A stretch of DNA of 37,221 bases, taken from positions 1-37,221 of IMG/VR virus record IMGVR_UViG_3300044723_001306. One strand, written 5' to 3'. Positions 28,849 to 36,795 of the stretch are shown piece after piece; the stretch's first letter is position 1; the number at the start of each line of letters is the position of its first letter. Source of the stretch: a virus. Its lineage: Duplodnaviria > Caudoviricetes. Under the pieces are notes generated by a model. The model was given only the letters and a program-made list of their open reading frames with translations, searched no databases and was not told the DNA's origin. The translations under genes and the position numbers were made by a program.

Positions 28849-29982
28849 CTATATATTATCTTCTACTTCTAATTCAGCATCCAATGACTCAGCAATATTT
28901 TGCTGGGCCTCTAACCATAAGGCTTCAGCCTCTTCGTCAACGGATTCAGTGTTATCTTCAGCTTCGACTGGTTCAGTCTCTGGGTCGGACTCAACCTCGA
29001 CTTCTTCAGCAGGTTCTTCTACTGATACGTCTTCTTGTTCTTCAGCTGGTAGTTCTTCCTCTACGTCGTCGATTTCCTCAATCACTACAGTGGTGTCACC
29101 TACATTATCAATGAATGCGTCTAATTCGACCCATGCATCTTGTAAGTCTTCTTGAACTGCACGTAGTGCTTCAGTGGCTTTTTCGCCTAATTTCCTTCCA
29201 TCTTTAGCACGCAACATCGCTATGGCGGTAGCTCGTACCATCAAGTCGTTTAATGCGGCAAGCACATCTTTGACTTGTTCTGAAAATGCTTTAGGGGCAT
29301 CTTCTGAAATCTCTTGTTGAGTTTCTATAATTGCTTCTTTTAGTTTGTAAAGCTCTTTCAAATATATTGCAGGGCTTTCTAGTAACTCTTCAACAGTTAT
29401 AGATTTCTCTTCTTCTTGTGGCTCTTCTTCAGGTTCCTCGTTCTCTAAAAATGTAGAGTGACCAAGTACACCTTTTTCTTCACCAACAATTTCTTTTAAT
29501 AATTCTTCGTTGGACTTAATTGCCATTGTATAAGTATCTTGATTTGCTCCAACAAGTACTGGTGAGACTTCAAATACAGTTAGGTCTTTTAAAAACCTAG
29601 CATCTTTTTCTTCGTCGCCTTCGCCAATTTTTCCTCGTTCAGCATCATTTACTCTATAGCCGAATGACCATTGTTGCATGTCAGCCATATTCTTAACTAT
29701 CTTATAAGCTTCTTTGCCGGATTCTGTATCCATAAAGAATTCACCTTCAAACGTGGCTTTATCTCCATCACTTTTGATTGAACCTTTACCGATTGGCATG
29801 TCCCATTTATGAGCCCAGACCATTGGTACAGAACCAGATTTGAAACCTGATTTTATAGACCCTGGAAGAACTATATCTCCATCAGAGTCAAGTGAATTAA
29901 ATACAGAAAAAACAGCAGAAACTTTTCCCTCAGTCTCAGATTTGATTTCGAGGTCTATATTTTTAACTTCTTTTTCATACAT
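28849..29982 (-). CDS. HK97-family prohead protease (Peptidase S78) with acidic C-terminal extension
   Basis: SVFNSLDSDGD, PMVWAH, WSFGY, EVSPVLVGAN motifs. Confidence 0.95.
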   Translation of the reverse strand: MYEKEVKNIDLEIKSETEGKVSAVFSVFNSLDSDGDIVLPGSIKSGFKSGSVPMVWAHKWDMPIGKGSIKSDGDKATFEGEFFMDTESGKEAYKIVKNMADMQQWSFGYRVNDAERGKIGEGDEEKDARFLKDLTVFEVSPVLVGANQDTYTMAIKSNEELLKEIVGEEKGVLGHSTFLENEEPEEEPQEEEKSITVEELLESPAIYLKELYKLKEAIIETQQEISEDAPKAFSEQVKDVLAALNDLMVRATAIAMLRAKDGRKLGEKATEALRAVQEDLQDAWVELDAFIDNVGDTTVVIEEIDDVEEELPAEEQEDVSVEEPAEEVEVESDPETEPVEAEDNTESVDEEAEALWLEAQQNIAESLDAELEVEDNI

Positions 29983-30056
29983 TTACCTTTATCTCCTGTT
30001 AACAGTAATAAGGTACGCTATATTAAGAATTATTACAGATTATTTTTAAATGTGTG

Positions 30057-33000
30057 TTATTTAATGGGTTTTATAACTTTTAGTTTTGATATTGGCATAG
30101 TCACTTTTCTGTCTGTTTTTTTGTGACTCCCGTCTTCCATTATTGCATAAACTTGCATTGTAGATTCTTTCTTTTCTCTATTAACAGAAACTACTATTCC
30201 ATGTACTGTTGATGGTGGGTCTGGGTCTTTATTAATAGACCAACTTACTGATTGACCTACTCTAACAAAACTTGCCTTTTCTTCAATCTCTCCAGATTTT
30301 TTAGAACTCAATGGATGATTGCTAGGTAATAAATCTTGGTCATATGGTTTTCTTTTAAATCTACCAGTTCTTAATGCGTTTAAGAAACCATTAACTCTTG
30401 CTAATCCCCACTGGTCAGCTCCTGTTACATTTCCTCTAACTGAACCAGGGTTTGTACGATAAGCACCTACACCTCTATTAAATACAGATGTTAATGTTCT
30501 AAGATTTGCTCTATACTTTGGATTCTTATCGTTGTGGTCTTTTACTTTTTGAACTAAAGCTTTTCTTACTCTAGATGAAACTGCTTTTGTCTCAGCTAAT
30601 TTTTCTTCATAAATTTCATCAGCCATATTTTCAGCAGCTTTTCTTCTAGCTCTAACAACTTTCTTTTGGTCATTAATAACTTTCTTCATACCAGATACGC
30701 CGATATTAGAAACGCCACCCCATTTAATATTTGCTACTGTTCCAGCAAGTCTTGTATTACCTTGATGTCTTCCCATATAACGTTCTCTTCTACGAACCCA
30801 GTTAAGAACTGATTCGCTTCTGTCGCCACTTTGGTATTTAGTCCAATTTCTATAAGCATCATTACCTGTAAAAGAAGTTGGAGGATTACCTCCATTACCA
30901 CCACGTCTCCAAATCTCTGGCCAATTTTCTTTTAGGTCTTTTGCATAACCATAAGGAAATTGTTTATATTTAGAATTAGAAATACTAACAGCTCTGTCAT
31001 CTCCTGGACTTGGAAAATTTGTTCTATCTTTTTTAGGTTTTTCTTTTATATTTTCTGGTTCCATACTAAATTGTGATTCCATTAATACTTCAGCTTCCTC
31101 ATAACTTACTTTTAACTCTTCTACGATACCATCAATATAAGATTTTTTTGTTCTTTCAAAAGACTCGTGACTAGCACAAGGCATGTAGTAAGTTGTTCCT
31201 CTTACATCATGCTCATGATATCCAGAACATCCTATTTCTTCTGCTCTTCTTTCAGCAGCTTCAACTGTGTCATACATAAACATATTGCTAGAAGTATTTC
31301 TATCTGGGTTTGCAGATTTTATTAACTTATCGTAGTCTTCATCATTTTTGCAAGGCATATAAAACTTACCTGCTGGTCCTCTGTCAACAACATGATAGCC
31401 ATCACAACCTAATTCTTTTGCTCTTGCTGTAGCTTCTTCAGGAGTAGTATAAGTATCAGCCATTACTGGTGCTGCAGCTTTTTTAGGTTTCTTTTTTAAA
31501 TAAGATTGTGCTTCTTTTTCTGTGTCAAAACATTTAATAACTTTTCCATCATCATGACTAATAACACACCAAGCACCATTAGGCATTTCAGCTATATACT
31601 TACCTTCATTACGAGGTTCTTCATTCTGTTGTACTCTTTGGTCTCTTAAATTAACTTGTGGATATTCTTCCAATGTAAGTAAATCTTTTTGTTCGGTTTC
31701 AACATTAGTATCAGCTGCTTGTAATTGTTCAGTCCTCGCTTGTCTTCTATTGGCTTCAGGTACATCATTTAATATTGCATTACCATCGCTATCAACTTGA
31801 ATCATATTTAAAGGTCTTAAATATACATCATGCTTTTCATCAACATTTAATCCTACAACTTTTCTAGCTTCACCAATTGTTATCCAACCACCAGATACAC
31901 CCATGTTTACTCTTTTGTAAAGATTATCTACATCTGTTTGTAAAGCTCTTACTGACTGTATGTCATAGTCACACATTAAATTTTTATCTTTAAAATCTGG
32001 TATTAATAATTGATGAGTAAGCTCATTAGCAACTGTTCTCCACATTGGAACAAGTTTTTGTTCTGTAAAAAATTCTCTAAGTTCTTTTGTATTATTAAAA
32101 GTTGCCGCGTCTAGTCCAGCTCCGAGTCCAGCGAGAATTGCTGGGACACCTAAAACAGCAGATACTCTTTCTTCTGGTATTCTTCTAAGCTCTGCTAATT
32201 TCATTTGGTCAGGCGTAAAAGAAACTACTTCAACATTCATTGCACCAGATAAAACCATAGGAGCGCCTCTATTTGCACCACCAAATTTTTCTTTATACAT
32301 TGCAGATATTGATTCTGCTTCTTCTTTTGTTGGGCCCCCATACCCATCAGTCCTTGGTGTTAATACAACACCTGGAACAGCCATGTTATTCAATAGAGCA
32401 GTTGTGAATTGTCCAGCTGATTCGTCACCTAAGATTTCTCTTAGAACTGACTTAAGAGGAGCATGTCCTCTCCTGTGGTCATTAGGGTCAATTCCTTGTC
32501 GGATATGTACCATGTCTTCGGCATCTATTTTTATAAACTCACCTTTTCCATGTGTATAGTATTCATAATGTGTAATAAGTTTTTGTTCGTTACCTCTTAC
32601 TTCAACTAAGTGAGGCATTAAAGGTACAAGTTCTACAACTTGACCTCTTGCGTTTTTATTTTTAAATAAGAAAGCATCACCATTAGTATTCAAAGCTAAA
32701 ACTATATAGTGAGACATTAAGTTATGTGACATAAATGGGTTAGGTCTTCTAAGTAATTCAGCTAAAGGGTGGTTGTAGTTTACTTCTCTGTCACCAAATA
32801 CTTGGTCTCTTTTAACAACTTGTAACATTGGTTCAGCAAATGAAGTTGCAAGAACATTTAAGCAAGCTGTAACAGCAGAGTTACCAGAACCGTCTCCTAT
32901 TTCTTTAAGTTTGTCTGATTCCCAAAAACCTGATGATGTATTGTATCCATATATGGATGCGTCGTTTCCAAATAACTGATTGTAATTTGATTGTGCTTTA

Positions 33001-33065
33001 ACTTCTCTACGCCTTGAAGGCACTATAGAGTCTAAAGCCTTTTGTAATCTGCTTTTTTCTTCCAA
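30057..33065 (-). CDS. HK97-family portal protein with about 580-aa multi-module C-terminal extension
   Basis: HPLAELLRRPNP, NGDAF, NMAVPGVVL, GANRG, VLGVP, ITIGEAR portal motifs in the first ~420 aa; TTG start. Confidence 0.93.
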   Translation of the reverse strand: MEEKSRLQKALDSIVPSRRREVKAQSNYNQLFGNDASIYGYNTSSGFWESDKLKEIGDGSGNSAVTACLNVLATSFAEPMLQVVKRDQVFGDREVNYNHPLAELLRRPNPFMSHNLMSHYIVLALNTNGDAFLFKNKNARGQVVELVPLMPHLVEVRGNEQKLITHYEYYTHGKGEFIKIDAEDMVHIRQGIDPNDHRRGHAPLKSVLREILGDESAGQFTTALLNNMAVPGVVLTPRTDGYGGPTKEEAESISAMYKEKFGGANRGAPMVLSGAMNVEVVSFTPDQMKLAELRRIPEERVSAVLGVPAILAGLGAGLDAATFNNTKELREFFTEQKLVPMWRTVANELTHQLLIPDFKDKNLMCDYDIQSVRALQTDVDNLYKRVNMGVSGGWITIGEARKVVGLNVDEKHDVYLRPLNMIQVDSDGNAILNDVPEANRRQARTEQLQAADTNVETEQKDLLTLEEYPQVNLRDQRVQQNEEPRNEGKYIAEMPNGAWCVISHDDGKVIKCFDTEKEAQSYLKKKPKKAAAPVMADTYTTPEEATARAKELGCDGYHVVDRGPAGKFYMPCKNDEDYDKLIKSANPDRNTSSNMFMYDTVEAAERRAEEIGCSGYHEHDVRGTTYYMPCASHESFERTKKSYIDGIVEELKVSYEEAEVLMESQFSMEPENIKEKPKKDRTNFPSPGDDRAVSISNSKYKQFPYGYAKDLKENWPEIWRRGGNGGNPPTSFTGNDAYRNWTKYQSGDRSESVLNWVRRRERYMGRHQGNTRLAGTVANIKWGGVSNIGVSGMKKVINDQKKVVRARRKAAENMADEIYEEKLAETKAVSSRVRKALVQKVKDHNDKNPKYRANLRTLTSVFNRGVGAYRTNPGSVRGNVTGADQWGLARVNGFLNALRTGRFKRKPYDQDLLPSNHPLSSKKSGEIEEKASFVRVGQSVSWSINKDPDPPSTVHGIVVSVNREKKESTMQVYAIMEDGSHKKTDRKVTMPISKLKVIKPIK

Positions 33066-33079
33066 TGTTTATCCCAGTA

Positions 33080-34300
33080 CTAAAAAGCTTCCCAACTTCT
33101 TCTAGTTTGAAGAGTTGAGGCAGCCATACCCAGTGCGTCTACCATGTCGTCATTTTTTCCAACAGGAAAAGTTAGCAGTTCTCTTTCCAAATCTGCTAAC
33201 CAAGGTGCATCTTTCCTAAACAAGATGTCACCTGACTCCATCCTAGCCGATAGGGGTAAACTTTTGGTTATTTTATCCTTTTCTGCTCTCATTTCTCTAA
33301 CTCTTAAACCAGACCTTCCTGCTTCTTGAATAAAGGGTTTTGATAAACCTTGGTTCTCAATACAGATATGAGACCAATTGTTTTGACTTGCTAAACGTTT
33401 TGCTTCGGGAATAATATCTGGAGATTCAATTTTTCTTCTAAATACATCTTCAACGTATATTTTTCCGTTAGCTTCAGCACAACTAATTATTACTGTATAG
33501 TCACTTCTATCTTCAGTAGTAACTGCAACATCTAATGAACCAAAATGTTTCATATCTCTAGGGTTTAAGTTTGCACCTCCACCTACATAATTACCATCAG
33601 GCATTTCATCATAATAACTAAACCACTCTTGTTTAAATAAACCTTGACCTGCTTCAATAAATTCTGCCATATATTCTTGAGCAAAAACTATTGAACCTAC
33701 TTCACCTTTTGCTGATTCAACTTCTTCAGGGTCAATAGATGGATTGTCAAGTGTTGAAAAATGAAACCTATCCCAATCATCTCTGTCTTCTGCTTGTTGC
33801 CATAAATCGTAGAACCAATTACCAATACCAAGAGGAGTGCTAATAAATAAAGCTCCACCTTTTCTTTCAGTTAATGTAGGTCTTAATACTTCTTGCCAAA
33901 CTTCTGGTTTAACGAAAGCTGCCTCATCAATAACGATGAAGTCTAGACCCTCACCCCTTAGTCTTTGCGGATTATCAGCAGACTTACAAGCAATAAAGCC
34001 ACCATTAGGAAACTGTACTTCCATATTGGCAATTGAAATTTTTGGTTCAATTTCTTTAGGAAAAGAAAGGGCTGCACTCTCTAGTGCTCTCCAGCCAACA
34101 CGAGCAATAGCAAAAGTAGGAGCAACCCACCAAGCTCTACCACCGGCCAAGGCAGTTTCGATGCATAGTTGTACACCCAACCTAGTCTTACCAAAACGAC
34201 GCCCAGCGCAAAGTATCTTCCACCTTGCTTCACTATCTGCAACATTTTGTTGCGCAATATGTAATCCTGGAAGCTTGGGTGCATATTTAGCCATTTTCAA
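33080..34300 (-). CDS. terL: Terminase large subunit
   Basis: Walker A GRRFGKT, Walker B IVIDEAA, ISTP coupling motif, nuclease acidic residues LDVA and DDMVDA. Confidence 0.97.
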   Translation of the reverse strand: MKMAKYAPKLPGLHIAQQNVADSEARWKILCAGRRFGKTRLGVQLCIETALAGGRAWWVAPTFAIARVGWRALESAALSFPKEIEPKISIANMEVQFPNGGFIACKSADNPQRLRGEGLDFIVIDEAAFVKPEVWQEVLRPTLTERKGGALFISTPLGIGNWFYDLWQQAEDRDDWDRFHFSTLDNPSIDPEEVESAKGEVGSIVFAQEYMAEFIEAGQGLFKQEWFSYYDEMPDGNYVGGGANLNPRDMKHFGSLDVAVTTEDRSDYTVIISCAEANGKIYVEDVFRRKIESPDIIPEAKRLASQNNWSHICIENQGLSKPFIQEAGRSGLRVREMRAEKDKITKSLPLSARMESGDILFRKDAPWLADLERELLTFPVGKNDDMVDALGMAASTLQTRRSWEAF

Positions 34301-34499
34301 GTTTGGATTGATGTTTAAGCATTCTTTCTAATGCTTTTTCAATAGTTGTAATTTGTTGTTTCCATGCTAAATGTTCATCTGGTGATTGTAATTGAGAAGG
34401 TTCTACTAAAACTAAACTGTAATGATTAGCTTCTAGTTGTTTTACTTGACCTTCGATAATTTGTTTTTTGTCATCTTCAGAAATATATTTGTATTTCAT
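34287..34499 (-). CDS. Small helical hypothetical protein; resembles 2320..2595
   Basis: 70 aa, AGGAG RBS, overlaps the terL start. Confidence 0.7.
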   Translation of the reverse strand: MKYKYISEDDKKQIIEGQVKQLEANHYSLVLVEPSQLQSPDEHLAWKQQITTIEKALERMLKHQSKLENG

Positions 34500-34505
34500 A
34501 TTCTC

Positions 34506-34751
34506 CTACCATCTATACTTTTGCTTACTTGCTTTTTGTCTTTGTGCTAATGACTTAGGACTTAATGTTGAAGGGTCATCTATAAAATCTGCATCCATAG
34601 GTGTCTCAAACATTACATTTGATGATACTTGTCTTTTTGTTGGGCTAGCACATTTAGGACAATTAATACTAGGCTCTTCAGTTATTCTATAAGTAACTTC
34701 AAATAAGAATTCACATGTATCTTTTATACACTTATGTTCATATCTTGGCAT
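34506..34751 (-). CDS. FmdB-family zinc ribbon protein
   Basis: MPRYEHKC....C...FEV...CPKC signature; TAATG coupling. Confidence 0.85.
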   Translation of the reverse strand: MPRYEHKCIKDTCEFLFEVTYRITEEPSINCPKCASPTKRQVSSNVMFETPMDADFIDDPSTLSPKSLAQRQKASKQKYRW

Positions 34752-35134
34752 TACACAAATCTCCTCAAGTAAGCTCTTACAAATTTAGTGTACTCTCTTT
34801 TTGCTCCAGTAATAGTTTTACCATCAAAAATATCATGATGAAACTTACAAAAGATAGCAACGTTACCTTCATTGTTAGAAATGTCTTTATTCATTCCTCC
34901 CATACCTATTCCAGTAATGTGTGCCATCTCTAGCCACTGTGTAGTATCGCATTCAGGCCATTCACACTTATAGTTTGCACGTTTCAGAGCTTTTTCACGT
35001 AAAGCTGATTTATTTATTTTACCTGTACCTTCACGTTTTTTTTGACCCATACCAGATACACCATGAGATTTACTTCGTCTTTGTTTAAATTCTTTGTATG
35101 TTTCGTTTTCGGGTTCCCACTCTACTCTAGCCAT
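34751..35134 (-). CDS. HNH endonuclease, probably packaging-associated
   Basis: ALKRANYKCEWPEC...LEMAHI...NVAIFCKFHH; close to terL. Confidence 0.8.
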   Translation of the reverse strand: MARVEWEPENETYKEFKQRRSKSHGVSGMGQKKREGTGKINKSALREKALKRANYKCEWPECDTTQWLEMAHITGIGMGGMNKDISNNEGNVAIFCKFHHDIFDGKTITGAKREYTKFVRAYLRRFV

Positions 35135-35435
35135 TTTTAACTTTCGTTGGATTATACATAGTGTACTTAACTGTTATTTCTTCTCCAGACTCAATGTCCC
35201 TTAAAAAATATAAATATCTAAATCTTTGAACTTCTACAATCTTTGCATTAGGTTCTTCACTATGATTGATAAAACCACCTAAAGGCGTTCTGTATAATTT
35301 TGTAGTTATAGAGTCTTCTATATGAGTGATACCACCGTTTACACCTTTTTCTATATCACCTACTGCAAATAGTCCTAAGCCATCAATGTTAGATTCATCT
35401 ATTGTAAGAAATTCAGGTAAAGGTCTGTATGTCAT
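35127..35435 (-). CDS. Minimal SET-domain protein (putative lysine methyltransferase)
   Basis: GLGLFA, FINHS..PN and DIESGEEITVKY are the three SET signature motifs. Confidence 0.9.
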   Translation of the reverse strand: MTYRPLPEFLTIDESNIDGLGLFAVGDIEKGVNGGITHIEDSITTKLYRTPLGGFINHSEEPNAKIVEVQRFRYLYFLRDIESGEEITVKYTMYNPTKVKNG

Positions 35436-35461
35436 AAATATATTTTAACAGATATTTGTTT

Positions 35462-35520
35462 TAGATACAGCTCTCCGAAGAGAGCCGATGATGGGAGGAG
35501 GTCGGTGTGGATGCCGACTT
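35462..35520 (-). ncRNA. Putative small RNA 2 carrying CCUCCUCCC between two hairpins
   Basis: AAGUCGG-CAUCCACA-CCGAC CUCCUCCCAUCAU CGGCUCUC-UUCG-GAGAGCUG; the cUUCGg tetraloop favours the minus strand; TAAAGT box 6 nt upstream. Confidence 0.6.
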
Positions 35521-35529
35521 AATTTAACT

Positions 35530-35760
35530 TTAGCTCTTGTTCTTAAAGATAGTGGTATTTGGTCTTAGACTAGGCATTACATAATTTTCTGCAAACCATT
35601 TTGCAATATTTTCAAATACAACATCTGAATCATCATTGTAAGATATTGTAAACTCGTCAACTAATTGACCATACTTCCACATTTTTGTTTTAACTCTTCC
35701 CTCTTGGATTTCGCCTACTAACTTAAATCTGAATTTTCCTACGATGTAATCTCTAATCAT
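35530..35760 (-). CDS. Hypothetical protein (76 aa) between the two putative sRNAs
   Basis: Intact ORF preceded by TGATATAGT (extended -10-like); no family recognised. Confidence 0.65.
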   Translation of the reverse strand: MIRDYIVGKFRFKLVGEIQEGRVKTKMWKYGQLVDEFTISYNDDSDVVFENIAKWFAENYVMPSLRPNTTIFKNKS

Positions 35761-35794
35761 GGTTCTATAACTATATCATAGAGGTATGGTATTT

Positions 35795-35831
35795 AAAAAA
35801 GAGAGTCCGCCTCACAGGACGGACTTATCTC
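35795..35831 (-). terminator. Intrinsic terminator
   Basis: GAGA.UA.AGUCCGUC-CUGUGA-GGCGGACU.CUC followed by UUUUUU. Confidence 0.85.
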
Positions 35832-35874
35832 TTCTACATACAGTACATAACCAACAAAGGAGGTAGCTTATGTA
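35795..35874 (-). ncRNA. Putative small RNA 1: hairpin displaying ACCUCCUUU, followed by an intrinsic terminator
   Basis: UACAUAA-GCU-ACCUCCUUUGU-UGG-UUAUGUA hairpin, then the terminator; CTGAGATAAT immediately upstream. Confidence 0.55.
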
Positions 35875-35899
35875 ATTTAATTATCTCAGAAACTTGTTA

Positions 35900-36508
35900 T
35901 TATACAAAAATCCAATCGTGTTTTTTTTCTTCAGGTCTATCTCTGTAAAGTACTTGAAATATATTAGCTACCGCCATAGTATCTGCAATAGCATCATGTT
36001 CTTTATAGTCACCAAAACCAAATTCGTGGTGTATGTGAGATAAGGTAAAACCAGAACATCTTGATGTACAACTATCAAAACATTTAGTTCCTTTGGGAAA
36101 ATACTGTTTAGCTAATTCTTTAGTGCATAACCACTCATTAGTAAACATAGGGTGGTTATATAAATCTAGAGTATCTTGCATAACTTTTTTATCAAATGAT
36201 GCATTATGTGCAACTATAGTCTTTTTTCCTATTAGTCCTACTAGTATTGGAAATAACTTGGTAAATTTTGGTGCATTTATACAAAATTCTTGTTTAGGAG
36301 AAGCAAATGACCATTTTTCGTTGAAGTACGCTTCTGGTGGTTTGATATAACTATGAGCATTTTTGTACTCTCCGTCCTCAAACCATACTAAAGCTATCTG
36401 TACTGCGTCTTGTTTTGATACATTTGAGTCGAAATAGTATCTACCAAGTAAGTCTTTACCGGTTGTTTCGAAATCTAGGAATATAAAATCATTTAGATTC
36501 TTTTTCAT
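35900..36508 (-). CDS. DEDDh 3'-5' exonuclease (DnaQ/epsilon-like); start revised to ATG 36508
   Basis: ExoI DFETTG, ExoII HNASFD, ExoIII HDAIAD; GAAAGG upstream of MKKNLNDF; the revised start avoids a 101-nt overlap with whiB. Confidence 0.9.
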   Translation of the reverse strand: MKKNLNDFIFLDFETTGKDLLGRYYFDSNVSKQDAVQIALVWFEDGEYKNAHSYIKPPEAYFNEKWSFASPKQEFCINAPKFTKLFPILVGLIGKKTIVAHNASFDKKVMQDTLDLYNHPMFTNEWLCTKELAKQYFPKGTKCFDSCTSRCSGFTLSHIHHEFGFGDYKEHDAIADTMAVANIFQVLYRDRPEEKKHDWIFV

Positions 36509-36764
36509 TGTTACGCCTTTCTCTTCGAATAGCTCTTCGTTCTCGCTCTGATTTACCTCCCCAGATACCAAAACGTTCTTTTCTGTCAACTGCGTACTCT
36601 AAACATTGCACCTTAACCTTACATTTACCACAAATCTTCTTAGCAATAATTGTAGAACTTCCTCGCTCCGGGAAAAAGTCATCTTGATTAGTGCCTTTAC
36701 AATTAGCGTCCTTATAAAAGCTAGGTACTGCTAATAAATCTTCTAGCTCAGTATGTAAATCCAT
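36489..36764 (-). CDS. whiB: WhiB-family Fe-S transcription regulator
   Basis: C...FFP...AKKICGKC......CLEYA...GIWGG..ERERR, with all four cysteines. Confidence 0.97.
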   Translation of the reverse strand: MDLHTELEDLLAVPSFYKDANCKGTNQDDFFPERGSSTIIAKKICGKCKVKVQCLEYAVDRKERFGIWGGKSERERRAIRRERRNNEKESK

Positions 36765-36779
36765 ATAAGCATAGAGTAC

Positions 36780-36795
36780 TAGAACATCTGTTCGA
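36780..36795. promoter_or_regulatory. LexA (SOS) box of Gram-positive/actinobacterial type upstream of whiB
   Basis: TAGAAC-ATCT-GTTCGA, one mismatch to TCGAAC-N4-GTTCGA; 1 nt from a TACTCT -10-like hexamer and 15 nt from the whiB ATG. Confidence 0.75.

Noticed and set aside
34081-34284. 67-aa minus-strand ORF with a Leu run
   Set aside because: Out-of-frame overlap with the conserved Walker A region of terL.
35462-35874. Structured intergenic elements as tRNA or riboswitch
   Set aside because: No cloverleaf, T-loop or CCA end, and no riboswitch consensus I recognise; kept as putative sRNAs.
36509-36589. N-terminal 27 aa of the track's 229-aa exonuclease
   Set aside because: TTG start inside the conserved whiB C-terminus; ATG 36508 has an RBS and sits just before ExoI.
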